From positions 34,658,001 through 34,722,000 of the forward strand of contig OZ024758.1 of NCBI GenBank assembly GCA_964016885.1: a stretch of 64,000 nucleotides of DNA. The letters run 5' to 3'. The position numbers were made by a program, and so were the translations under genes. The notes below the pieces were generated by a model that was given only the letters and a program-made list of their open reading frames with translations, did not search any database and was not told the DNA's origin. Within the stretch, counting starts at the first letter, position 1. The number at the start of each line of letters is the position of its first letter. Positions 39,501 to 52,349 of the stretch are shown in pieces. The DNA comes from Eledone cirrhosa (lineage: Eukaryota).

Positions 39501-41110
39501 CATTTAAGTTCATGGTATTAGCTGTCAGAAGTCACTCCAATGTTGGTGAGAATTCATTTAAGTCATGGTACTAGCTGTCAGAAGTAACTCCACTGTTGGT
39601 GAGAATTCATTTAAGTTCATTGTATTAGCTGTCAGAAGGAACGCCACTGTTGGTGAGAATTCATTTAAGTTCATGGTATTAGCTGTCAGAAGTAACTCCA
39701 CTGTTGGTGAGAATTCATTTAAGTTCATGGTACTAGCTGTCAGAAGTAACTCCAATGTTGGTGAGAATTCATTTAAGTTCATGGTATTAGCTGTCAGAAG
39801 GAACTCCACTGTTGCTGAGAATTCATTTAAGTTCATGGTATTAGCTGTCAGAAGTAACTCCACTGTTGGTGAGAATTCATTTAAGTTCATGGTACTAGCT
39901 GTCAGAAGTCACTCCACTGTTGGTGAGAATACATTTAAGTTCATGGTACTAGCTGTCAGAAGTAACCCCAATGTTGGTGAGAATTCATTTAAGTTCATGG
40001 TATTAGCTGTCAGAAGTAACTCCACTGTTGGTAAGAATTCATTTAAGTTCATGGTATTAGCTGTCAGAAGTCACTCCACTGTTGGTGAGAATTCATTTAA
40101 GTTCATGGTACTAGCTGTCAGAAGTAACCCCAATGTTGGTGAGAATTCATTTAAGTTCATGGTATTAGCTGTCAGAAGTCACTCCAATGTTGGTGAGAAT
40201 TCATTTAAGTTCATGGTATTAGCTGTCAGAAGTAACTCCACTGTTGGTGAGAATTCATTTAAGTTCATGGTATTAGTTTGTCAGAAGTAACTCCACTGTT
40301 GGTGAGAATTCATTTAAGTCATGGTATTAGTTGTCAGAAGTAACTCCAATGTTGGTGAGAATTCATTTAAGTTCATGGTATTAGCTGTCAGAAGGAACTC
40401 CACTGTTGGTGAGAATTCATTTAAGTTCATGGTATTAGCTGTCAGAAGGAACTCCAATGTTGGTGAGAATTCATTTAAGTTCATGGTATTAGCTGTCAGA
40501 AGGAACACCACTGTTGGTGAGAATTCATTTAAGTTCATGGTATTAGCTGTCAGAAGTAACTCCACTGTTGGTGAGAATTCATTTAAGTTCATGGTACTAG
40601 CTGTCAGAAGTAACTCCAATGTTGGTGAGAATTCATTTAAGTTCATGGTATTAGCTGTCAGAAGGAACTCCACTGTTGGTGAGAATTCATTTAAGTTCAT
40701 GGTATTAGCTGTCAGAAGTAACTCCACTGTTGGTGAGAATTCATTTAAGTCATGGTATTAGCTGTCAGAAGTAACTCCATTGTTGGTGAGAATTCATTTA
40801 AGTCATGGTACTAGCTGTCAGAAGTAACTCCAATGTTGGTGAGAATTCATTTAAGTTCATGGTATTAGCTGTCAGAAGTCACTCCAATGTTGGTGAGAAT
40901 TCATTTAAGTTCATGGTATTAGCTGTCAGAAGTAACTCCACTGTTGGTAAGAATTCATTTAAGTTCATGGTATTAGCTGTCAGAAGTAACTCCACTGTTG
41001 GTGAGAATTCATTTAAGTTCATGGTATTAGCTGTCAGAAGGAACGCCACTGTTGGTGAGAATTCATTTAAGTTCATGGTATTAGCTGTCAGAAGTAACTC
41101 CACTGTTGGT
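36580..41110 (+). repeat. Tandem block duplication, period 2264 bp (42 monomers)
   Basis: ORF coordinates 36894/39158, 37086/39350, 37301/39565, 38057/40321 and 38541/40805 all differ by 2264. Markers AGATGTCAC, AAGCTCATG, AGGAACACC. Boundaries approximate. Confidence 0.92.
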
Positions 41111-44100
41111 GAGAATTCATTTAAGTTCATGGTACCAGCTGTCAGAAGTAACTCCACTGTTGGTGAGAATTCATTTAAGTTCATGGTATTAGCTGTCAGA
41201 AGTCACTCCAATGTTGGTGAGAATTCATTTAAGTTCATGGTATTAGTTGTCAGAAGTCACTCCACTGTTGGTGAGAATTCATTTAAGTTCATGGTACTAG
41301 CTGTCAGAAGTAACCCCAATGTTGGTGAGAATTCATTTAAGTTCATGGTATTAGCTGTCAGAAGTAACTCCACTGTTGGTGAGAATTCATTTAAGTTCAT
41401 GGTATTAGCTGCCAGAAGTAACTCCACTGTTGGTGAGAATTCATTTAAGTCATGGTATTAGCTGTCAGAAGTAACTCCAATGTTGGTGAGAATTCATTTA
41501 AGTTCATGGTATTAGCTGTCAGAAGTCACTCCACTGTTGGTGAGAATTCATTTAAGTTCATGGTACTAGCTGTCAGAAGTAACCCCAATGTTGGTGAGAA
41601 TTCATTTAAGTTCATGGTATTAGCTGTCAGAAGTCACTCCAATGTTGGTGAGAATTCATTTAAGTTCATGGTATTAGCTGTCAGAAGTAACTCCACTGTT
41701 GGTGAGAATTCATTTAAGTTCATGGTATTAGCTGTCAGAAGTAACTCCACTGTTGGTGAGAATTCATTTAAGTTCATGGTATTAGCTGTCAGAAGTAACT
41801 CCACTGTTGGTGAGAATTCATTTAAGTTCATGGTATTAGCTGTCAGAAGGAACTCCAATGTTGGTGAGAATTCATTTAAGTCATGGTACTAGCTGTCAGA
41901 AGTAACTCCACTGTTGGTGAGAATTCATTTAAGTTCATGGTATTAGCTGTCAGAAGGAACGCCACTGTTGGTGAGAATTCATTTAAATTCATGGTATTAG
42001 CTGTCAGAAGTAACTCCACTGTTGGTGAGAATTCATTTAAGTTCATGGTACTAGCTGTCAGAAGTAACTCCAATGTTGGTGAGAATTCATTTAAGTTCAT
42101 GGTATTAGCTGTCAGAAGTAACTCCACTGTTGGTGAGAATTCATTTAAGTTCATGGTATTAGCTGTCAGAAGTCACTCCAATGTTGGTGAGAATTCATTT
42201 AAGTCATGGTACTAGCTGTCAGAAGTAACTCCACTGTTGGTGAGAATTCATTTAAGTTCATTGTATTAGCTGTCAGAAGGAACGCCACTGTTGGTGAGAA
42301 TTCATTTAAGTTCATGGTATTAGCTGTCAGAAGTAACTCCACTGTTGGTGAGAATTCATTTAAGTTCATGGTACTAGCTGTCAGAAGTAACTCCAATGTT
42401 GGTGAGAATTCATTTAAGTTCATGGTATTAGCTGTCAGAAGGAACTCCACTGTTGCTGAGAATTCATTTAAGTTCATGGTATTAGCTGTCAGAAGTAACT
42501 CCACTGTTGGTGAGAATTCATTTAAGTTCATGGTACTAGCTGTCAGAAGTCACTCCACTGTTGGTGAGAATACATTTAAGTTCATGGTACTAGCTGTCAG
42601 AAGTAACCCCAATGTTGGTGAGAATTCATTTAAGTTCATGGTATTAGCTGTCAGAAGTCACTCCAATGTTGGTGAGAATTCATTTAAGTTCATGGTATTA
42701 GCTGTCAGAAGTAACTCCACTGTTGGTAAGAATTCATTTAAGTTCATGGTATTAGCTGTCAGAAGTAACTCCACTGTTGGTGAGAATTCATTTAAGTTCA
42801 TGGTATTAGCTGTCAGAAGGAACGCCACTGTTGGTGAGAATTCATTTAAGTTCATGGTATTAGCTGTCAGAAGTAACTCCACTGTTGGTGAGAATTCATT
42901 TAAGTTCATGGTACTAGCTGTCAGAAGTAACTCCACTGTTGGTGAGCATTCATTTAAGTTCATGGTATTAGCTGTCAGAAGTCACTCCAATGTTGGTGAG
43001 AATTCATTTAAGTTCATGGTATTAGCTGTCAGAAGTCACTCCACTGTTGGTGAGAATTCATTTAAGTTCATGGTACTAGCTGTCAGAAGTAACCCCAATG
43101 TTGGTGAGAATTCATTTAAGTTCATGGTATTAGCTGTCAGAAGTCACTCCAATGTTGGTGAGAATTCATTTAAGTTCATGGTATTAGCTGTCAGAAGTAA
43201 CTCCACTGTTGGTGAGAATTCATTTAAGTTCATGGTATTAGCTGTCAGAAGTAATTCCACTGTTGGTGAGAATTCATTTAAGTTCATGGTATTAGCTGTC
43301 AGAAGTAACTCCACTGTTGGTGAGAATTCATTTAAGTCATGGTATTAGCTGTCAGAAGTAACTCCAATGTTGGTGAGAATTCATTTAAGTTCATGGTATT
43401 AGCTGTCAGAAGTCACTCCACTGTTGGTGAGAATTCATTTAAGTTCATGGTACTAGCTGTCAGAAGTAACCCCAATGTTGGTGAGAATTCATTTAAGTTC
43501 ATGGTATTAGCTGTCAGAAGTCACTCCAATGTTGGTGAGAATTCATTTAAGTTCATGGTATTAGCTGTCAGAAGTAACTCCACTGTTGGTGAGAATTCAT
43601 TTAAGTTCATGGTATTAGCTGTCAGAAGTAACTCCACTGTTGGTGAGAATTCATTTAAGTTCATGGTATTAGCTGTCAGAAGTAACTCCACTGTTGGTGA
43701 GAATTCATTTAAGTTCATGGTATTAGCTGTCAGAAGTAACTCCACTGTTGGTGAGAATTCATTTAAGTTCATGGTATTAGCTGTCAGAAGGAACGCCACT
43801 GTTGGTGAGAATTCATTTAAATTCATGGTATTAGCTGTCAGAAGTAACTCCACTGTTGGTGAGAATTCATTTAAGTTCATGGTACTAGCTGTCAGAAGTA
43901 ACTCCAATGTTGGTGAGAATTCATTTAAGTTCATGGTATTAGCTGTCAGAAGGAATTCCACTGTTGCTGAGAATTCATTTAAGTTCATGGTATTAGCTGT
44001 CAGAAGTAACTCCACTGTTGGTGAGAATTCATTTAAGTTCATGGTACTAGCTGTCAGAAGTAACTCCACTGTTGGTGAGAATTCATTTAAGTTCATGGTA

Positions 44101-47100
44101 TTAGCTGTCAGAAGTCACTCCAATGTTGGTGAGAATTCATTTAAGTTCATGGTATTAGCTGTCAGAAGTCACTCCACTGTTGGTGAGAATTCATTTAAGT
44201 TCATGGTACTAGCTGTCAGAAGTAACCCCAATGTTGGTGAGAATTCATTTAAGTTCATGGTATTAGCTGTCAGAAGTCACTCCAATGTTGGTGAGAATTC
44301 ATTTAAGTTCATGGTATTAGCTGTCAGAAGTAACTCCACTGTTGGTGAGAATTCATTTAAGTTCATGGTATTAGTTTGTCAGAAGTAACTCCACTGTTGG
44401 TGAGAATTCATTTAAGTCATGGTATTAGTTGTCAGAAGTAACTCCAATGTTGGTGAGAATTCATTTAAGTTCATGGTATTAGCTGTCAGAAGGAACTCCA
44501 CTGTTGGTGAGAATTCATTTAAGTTCATGGTATTAGCTGTCAGAAGGAACTCCAATGTTGGTGAGAATTCATTTAAGTCATGGTACTAGCTGTCAGATGT
44601 AACTCCACTGTTGGTGAGAATTCATTTAAGTTCATGGTATTAGCTGTCAGAAGGAACGCCACTGTTGGTGAGAATTCATTTAAGTTCATGGTATTAGCTG
44701 TCAGAAGTAACTCCACTGTTGGTAAGAATTCATTTAAGTTCATGGTATTAGCTGTCAGAAGTAACTCCACTGTTGGTGAGAATTCATTTAAGTTCATGGT
44801 ATTAGCTGTCAGAAGGAACGCCACTGTTGGTGAGAATTCATTTAAGTTCATGGTATTAGCTGTCAGAAGTAACTCCACTGTTGGTGAGAATTCATTTAAG
44901 TTCATGGTACCAGCTGTCAGAAGTAACTCCACTGTTGGTGAGAATTCATTTAAGTTCATGGTATTAGCTGTCAGAAGTCACTCCAATGTTGGTGAGAAAT
45001 CATTTAAGTTCATGGTATTAGCTGTCAGAAGTCACTCCACTGTTGGTGAGAATTCATTTAAGTTCATGGTACTAGCTGTCAGAAGTAACCCCAATGTTGG
45101 TGAGAATTCATTTAAGTTCATGGTATTAGCTGTCAGAAGTCACTCCAATGTTGGTGAGAATTCATTTAAGTTCATGGTATTAGCTGTCAGAAGTAACTCC
45201 ACTGTTGGTGAGAATTCATTTAAGTTCATGGTATTAGCTGTCAGAAGTAACTCCACTGTTGGTGAGAATTCATTTAAGTTCATGGTATTAGCTGCCAGAA
45301 GTAACTCCACTGTTGGTGAGAATTCATTTAAGTCATGGTATTAGCTGTCAGAAGTAACTCCAATGTTGGTGAGAATTCATTTAAGTTCATGGTATTAGCT
45401 GTCAGAAGTCACTCCACTGTTGGTGAGAATTCATTTAAGTTCATGGTACTAGCTGTCAGAAGTAACCCCAATGTTGGTGAGAATTCATTTAAGTTCATGG
45501 TATTAGCTGTCAGAAGTCACTCCAATGTTGGTGAGAATTCATTTAAGTTCATGGTATTAGCTGTCAGAAGTAACTCCACTGTTGGTGAGAATTCATTTAA
45601 GTTCATGGTATTAGCTGTCAGAAGTAACTCCACTGTTGGTGAGAATTCATTTAAGTTCATGGTATTAGCTGTCAGAAGTAACTCCACTGTTGGTGAGAAT
45701 TCATTTAAGTTCATGGTATTAGCTGTCAGAAGGAACTCCAATGTTGGTGAGAATTCATTTAAGTCATGGTACTAGCTGTCAGAAGTAACTCCACTGTTGG
45801 TGAGAATTCATTTAAGTTCATGGTATTAGCTGTCAGAAGGAACGCCACTGTTGGTGAGAATTCATTTAAATTCATGGTATTAGCTGTCAGAAGTAACTCC
45901 ACTGTTGGTGAGAATTCATTTAAGTTCATGGTACTAGCTGTCAGAAGTAACTCCAATGTTGGTGAGAATTCATTTAAGTTCATGGTATTAGCTGTCAGAA
46001 GTAACTCCACTGTTGGTGAGAATTCATTTAAGTTCATGGTATTAGCTGTCAGAAGTCACTCCAATGTTGGTGAGAATTCATTTAAGTCATGGTACTAGCT
46101 GTCAGAAGTAACTCCACTGTTGGTGAGAATTCATTTAAGTTCATTGTATTAGCTGTCAGAAGGAACGCCACTGTTGGTGAGAATTCATTTAAGTTCATGG
46201 TATTAGCTGTCAGAAGTAACTCCACTGTTGGTGAGAATTCATTTAAGTTCATGGTACTAGCTGTCAGAAGTAACTCCAATGTTGGTGAGAATTCATTTAA
46301 GTTCATGGTATTAGCTGTCAGAAGGAACTCCACTGTTGCTGAGAATTCATTTAAGTTCATGGTATTAGCTGTCAGAAGTAACTCCACTGTTGGTGAGAAT
46401 TCATTTAAGTTCATGGTACTAGCTGTCAGAAGTCACTCCACTGTTGGTGAGAATACATTTAAGTTCATGGTACTAGCTGTCAGAAGTAACCCCAATGTTG
46501 GTGAGAATTCATTTAAGTTCATGGTATTAGCTGTCAGAAGTAACTCCACTGTTGGTGAGAATTCATTTAAGTTCATGGTACTAGCTGTCAGAAGTAACTC
46601 CACTGTTGGTGAGCATTCATTTAAGTTCATGGTATTAGCTGTCAGAAGTCACTCCAATGTTGGTGAGAATTCATTTAAGTTCATGGTATTAGCTGTCAGA
46701 AGTCACTCCACTGTTGGTGAGAATTCATTTAAGTTCATGGTACTAGCTGTCAGAAGTAACCCCAATGTTGGTGAGAATTCATTTAAGTTCATGGTATTAG
46801 CTGTCAGAAGTCACTCCAATGTTGGTGAGAATTCATTTAAGTTCATGGTATTAGCTGTCAGAAGTAACTCCACTGTTGGTGAGAATTCATTTAAGTTCAT
46901 GGTATTAGCTGTCAGAAGTAATTCCACTGTTGGTGAGAATTCATTTAAGTTCATGGTATTAGCTGTCAGAAGTAACTCCACTGTTGGTGAGAATTCATTT
47001 AAGTCATGGTATTAGCTGTCAGAAGTAACTCCAATGTTGGTGAGAATTCATTTAAGTTCATGGTATTAGCTGTCAGAAGTCACTCCACTGTTGGTGAGAA

Positions 47101-48400
47101 TTCATTTAAGTTCATGGTACTAGCTGTCAGAAGTAACCCCAATGTTGGTGAGAATTCATTTAAGTTCATGGTATTAGCTGTCAGAAGTCACTCCAATGTT
47201 GGTGAGAATTCATTTAAGTTCATGGTATTAGCTGTCAGAAGTAACTCCACTGTTGGTGAGAATTCATTTAAGTTCATGGTATTAGCTGTCAGAAGTAACT
47301 CCACTGTTGGTGAGAATTCATTTAAGTTCATGGTATTAGCTGTCAGAAGTAACTCCACTGTTGGTGAGAATTCATTTAAGTTCATGGTATTAGCTGTCAG
47401 AAGTAACTCCACTGTTGGTGAGAATTCATTTAAGTTCATGGTATTAGCTGTCAGAAGGAACGCCACTGTTGGTGAGAATTCATTTAAATTCATGGTATTA
47501 GCTGTCAGAAGTAACTCCACTGTTGGTGAGAATTCATTTAAGTTCATGGTACTAGCTGTCAGAAGTAACTCCAATGTTGGTGAGAATTCATTTAAGTTCA
47601 TGGTATTAGCTGTCAGAAGGAATTCCACTGTTGCTGAGAATTCATTTAAGTTCATGGTATTAGCTGTCAGAAGTAACTCCACTGTTGGTGAGAATTCATT
47701 TAAGTTCATGGTACTAGCTGTCAGAAGTAACTCCACTGTTGGTGAGAATTCATTTAAGTTCATGGTATTAGCTGTCAGAAGTCACTCCAATGTTGGTGAG
47801 AATTCATTTAAGTTCATGGTATTAGCTGTCAGAAGTCACTCCACTGTTGGTGAGAATTCATTTAAGTTCATGGTACTAGCTGTCAGAAGTAACCCCAATG
47901 TTGGTGAGAATTCATTTAAGTTCATGGTATTAGCTGTCAGAAGTCACTCCAATGTTGGTGAGAATTCATTTAAGTTCATGGTATTAGCTGTCAGAAGTAA
48001 CTCCACTGTTGGTGAGAATTCATTTAAGTTCATGGTATTAGTTTGTCAGAAGTAACTCCACTGTTGGTGAGAATTCATTTAAGTCATGGTATTAGTTGTC
48101 AGAAGTAACTCCAATGTTGGTGAGAATTCATTTAAGTTCATGGTATTAGCTGTCAGAAGGAACTCCACTGTTGGTGAGAATTCATTTAAGTTCATGGTAT
48201 TAGCTGTCAGAAGGAACTCCAATGTTGGTGAGAATTCATTTAAGTCATGGTACTAGCTGTCAGATGTAACTCCACTGTTGGTGAGAATTCATTTAAGTTC
48301 ATGGTATTAGCTGTCAGAAGGAACGCCACTGTTGGTGAGAATTCATTTAAGTTCATGGTATTAGCTGTCAGAAGTAACTCCACTGTTGGTGAGAATTCAT
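40900..48400 (+). repeat. Block duplication with stepwise-changing offset (3775, 3883, 3667 bp)
   Basis: GTACCAGCT monomers 41129/44904 (+3775); GCTGCCAGA marker and ORF starts 41452/45335, 41883/45766, 42206/46089 (+3883); GAGCATTC and AGTAATTCC markers and ORFs 43339/47006, 44580/48247 (+3667). The steps are +108 and -216 bp, both whole monomers. Confidence 0.85.
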
Positions 48401-51400
48401 TTAAGTTCATGGTACTAGCTGTCAGAAGTAACTCCACTGTTGGTGAGAATTCATTTAAGTTCATGGTATTAGCTGTCAGAAGTCACTCCAATGTTGGTGA
48501 GAATTCATTTAAGTTCATGGTATTAGCTGTCAGAAGTCACTCCACTGTTGGTGAGAATTCATTTAAGTTCATGGTACTAGCTGTCAGAAGTAACCCCAAT
48601 GTTGGTGAGAATTCATTTAAGTTCATGGTATTAGCTGTCAGAAGTCACTCCAATGTTGGTGAGAATTCATTTAAGTTCATGGTATTAGTTGTCAGAAGTA
48701 ACTCCACTGTTGGTGAGAATTCATTTAAGTTCATGGTATTAGCTGTCAGAAGTAACTCCACTGTTGGTGAGAATTCATTTAAGTTCATGGTATTAGCTGT
48801 CAGAAGTAACTCCACTGTTGGTGAGAATTCATTTAAGTTCATGGTATTAGCTGTCAGAAGTAACTCCACTGTTGGTGAGAATTCATTTAAGTTCATGGTA
48901 TTAGCTGTCAGAAGGAACTCCAATGTTGGTGAGAATTCATTTAAGTCATGGTACTAGCTGTCAGAAGTAACTCCACTGTTGGTGAGAATTCATTTAAGTT
49001 CATGGTATTAGCTGTCAGAAGGAACGCCACTGTTGGTGAGAATTCATTTAAATTCATGGTATTAGCTGTCAGAAGTAACTCCACTGTTGGTGAGAATTAA
49101 TTTAAGTTCAAGGTACTAGCTGTCAGAAGTAACTCCAATGTTGGTGAGAATTCATTTAAGTTCATGGTATTAGCTGTCAGAAGTAACTCCACTGTTGGTG
49201 AGAATTCATTTAAGTTCATGGTATTAGCTGTCAGAAGTAACTCCAATGTTGGTGAGAATTCATTTAAGTCATGGTACTAGCTGTCAGAAGTAACTCCACT
49301 GTTGGTGAGAATTCATTTAAGTTCATTGTATTAGCTGTCAGAAGGAACGCCACTGTTGGTGAGAATTCATTTAAGTTCATGGTATTAGCTGTCAGAAGTA
49401 ACTCCACTGTTGGTGAGAATTCATTTAAGTTCATGGTACTAGCTGTCAGAAGTAACTCCAATGTTGGTGAGAATTCATTTAAGTTCATGGTATTAGCTGT
49501 CAGAAGGAACTCCACTGTTGCTGAGAATTCATTTAAGTTCATGGTATTAGCTGTCAGAAGTAACTCCACTGTTGGTGAGAATTCATTTAAGTTCATGGTA
49601 CTAGCTGTCAGAAGTCACTCCACTGTTGGTGAGAATACATTTAAGTTCATGGTACTAGCTGTCAGAAGTAACCCCAATGTTGGTGAGAATTCATTTAAGT
49701 TCATGGTATTAGCTGTCAGAAGTCACTCCAATGTTGGTGAGAATTCATTTAAGTTCATGGTATTAGCTGTCAGAAGTAACTCCACTGTTGGTAAGAATTC
49801 ATTTAAGTTCATGGTATTAGCTGTCAGAAGTAACTCCACTGTTGGTGAGAATTCATTTAAGTTCATGGTATTAGCTGTCAGAAGGAACGCCACTGTTGGT
49901 GAGAATTCATTTAAGTTCATGGTATTAGCTGTCAGAAGTAACTCCACTGTTGGTGAGAATTCATTTAAGTTCATGGTACTAGCTGTCAGAAGTAACTCCA
50001 CTGTTGGTGAGAATTCATTTAAGTTCATGGTATTAGCTGTCAGAAGTCACTCCAATGTTGGTGAGAATTCATTTAAATTCATGGTATTAGCTGTCAGAAG
50101 TCACTCCACTGTTGGTGAGAATTCATTTAAGTTCATGGTACTAGCTGTCAGAAGTAACCCCAATGTTGGTGAGAATTCATTTAAGTTCATGGTATTAGCT
50201 GTCAGAAGTCACTCCAATGTTGGTGAGAATTCATTTAAGTTCATGGTATTAGCTGTCAGAAGTAACTCCACTGTTGGTGAGAATTCATTTAAGTTCATGG
50301 TATTAGCTGTCAGAAGTCACTCCACTGTTGGTGAGAATTCATTTAAGTTCATGGTACTAGCTGTCAGAAGTAACCCCAATGTTGGTGAGAATTCATTTAA
50401 GTTCATGGTATTAGCTGTCAGAAGTCACTCCAATGTTGGTGAGAATTCATTTAAGTTCATGGTATTAGCTGTCAGAAGTAACTCCACTGTTGGTGAGAAT
50501 TCATTTAAGTTCATGGTATTAGCTGTCAGAAGTAACTCCACTGTTGGTGAGAATTCATTTAAGTTCATGGTATTAGCTGTCAGAAGTAACTCCACTGTTG
50601 GTGAGAATTCATTTAAGTTCATGGTATTAGCTGTCAGAAGTAACTCCACTGTTGGTGAGAATTCATTTAAGTTCATGGTATTAGCTGTCAGAAGGAACGC
50701 CACTGTTGGTGAGAATTCATTTAAATTCATGGTATTAGCTGTCAGAAGTAACTCCACTGTTGGTGAGAATTCATTTAAGTTCATGGTACTAGCTGTCAGA
50801 AGTAACTCCAATGTTGGTGAGAATTCATTTAAGTTCATGGTATTAGCTGTCAGAAGGAATTCCACTGTTGCTGAGAATTCATTTAAGTTCATGGTATTAG
50901 CTGTCAGAAGTAACTCCACTGTTGGTGAGAATTCATTTAAGTTCATGGTACTAGCTGTCAGAAGTAACTCCACTGTTGGTGAGAATTCATTTAAGTTCAT
51001 GGTATTAGCTGTCAGAAGTCACTCCAATGTTGGTGAGAATTCATTTAAGTTCATGGTATTAGCTGTCAGAAGTCACTCCACTGTTGGTGAGAATTCATTT
51101 AAGTTCATGGTACTAGCTGTCAGAAGTAACCCCAATGTTGGTGAGAATTCATTTAAGTTCATGGTATTAGCTGTCAGAAGTCACTCCAATGTTGGTGAGA
51201 ATTCATTTAAGTTCATGGTATTAGCTGTCAGAAGTAACTCCACTGTTGGTGAGAATTCATTTAAGTTCATGGTATTAGTTTGTCAGAAGTAACTCCACTG
51301 TTGGTGAGAATTCATTTAAGTCATGGTATTAGTTGTCAGAAGTAACTCCAATGTTGGTGAGAATTCATTTAAGTTCATGGTATTAGCTGTCAGAAGGAAC

Positions 51401-52349
51401 TCCACTGTTGGTGAGAATTCATTTAAGTTCATGGTATTAGCTGTCAGAAGGAACTCCAATGTTGGTGAGAATTCATTTAAGTCATGGTACTAGCTGTCAG
51501 ATGTAACTCCACTGTTGGTGAGAATTCATTTAAGTTCATGGTATTAGCTGTCAGAAGGAACGCCACTGTTGGTGAGAATTCATTTAAGTTCATGGTATTA
51601 GCTGTCAGAAGTAACTCCACTGTTGGTGAGAATTCATTTAAGTTCATGGTACTAGCTGTCAGAAGTAACTCCACTGTTGGTGAGAATTCATTTAAGTTCA
51701 TGGTATTAGCTGTCAGAAGTCACTCCAATGTTGGTGAGAATTCATTTAAGTTCATGGTATTAGCTGTCAGAAGTCACTCCACTGTTGGTGAGAATTCATT
51801 TAAGTTCATGGTACTAGCTGTCAGAAGTAACCCCAATGTTGGTGAGAATTCATTTAAGTTCATGGTATTAGCTGTCAGAAGTCACTCCAATGTTGGTGAG
51901 AATTCATTTAAGTTCATGGTATTAGTTGTCAGAAGTAACTCCACTGTTGGTGAGAATTCATTTAAGTTCATGGTATTAGCTGTCAGAAGTAACTCCATTG
52001 TTGGTGAGAATTCATTTAAGTTCATGGTATTAGCTGTCAGAAGTCACTCCACTGTTGGTGAGAATTCATTTAAGTTCATGGTATTAGCTGTCAGAAGTAA
52101 CTCCACTGTTGGTGAGAATTCATTTAAGTTCATGGTATTAGCTGTCAGAAGTAACTCCACTTTTGGTGAGAATTCATTTAAGTTCATGGTATTAGCTGTC
52201 AGAAGTAACTCCATTGTTGGTGAGAATTCATTTAAGTTCATGGTATTAGCTGTCAGAAGTCACTCCACTGTTGGTGAGAATTCATTTAAGTTCATGGTAT
52301 TAGCTGTCAGAAGTCACTCCACTGTTGGTGAGAATTCATTTAAGTTCAT

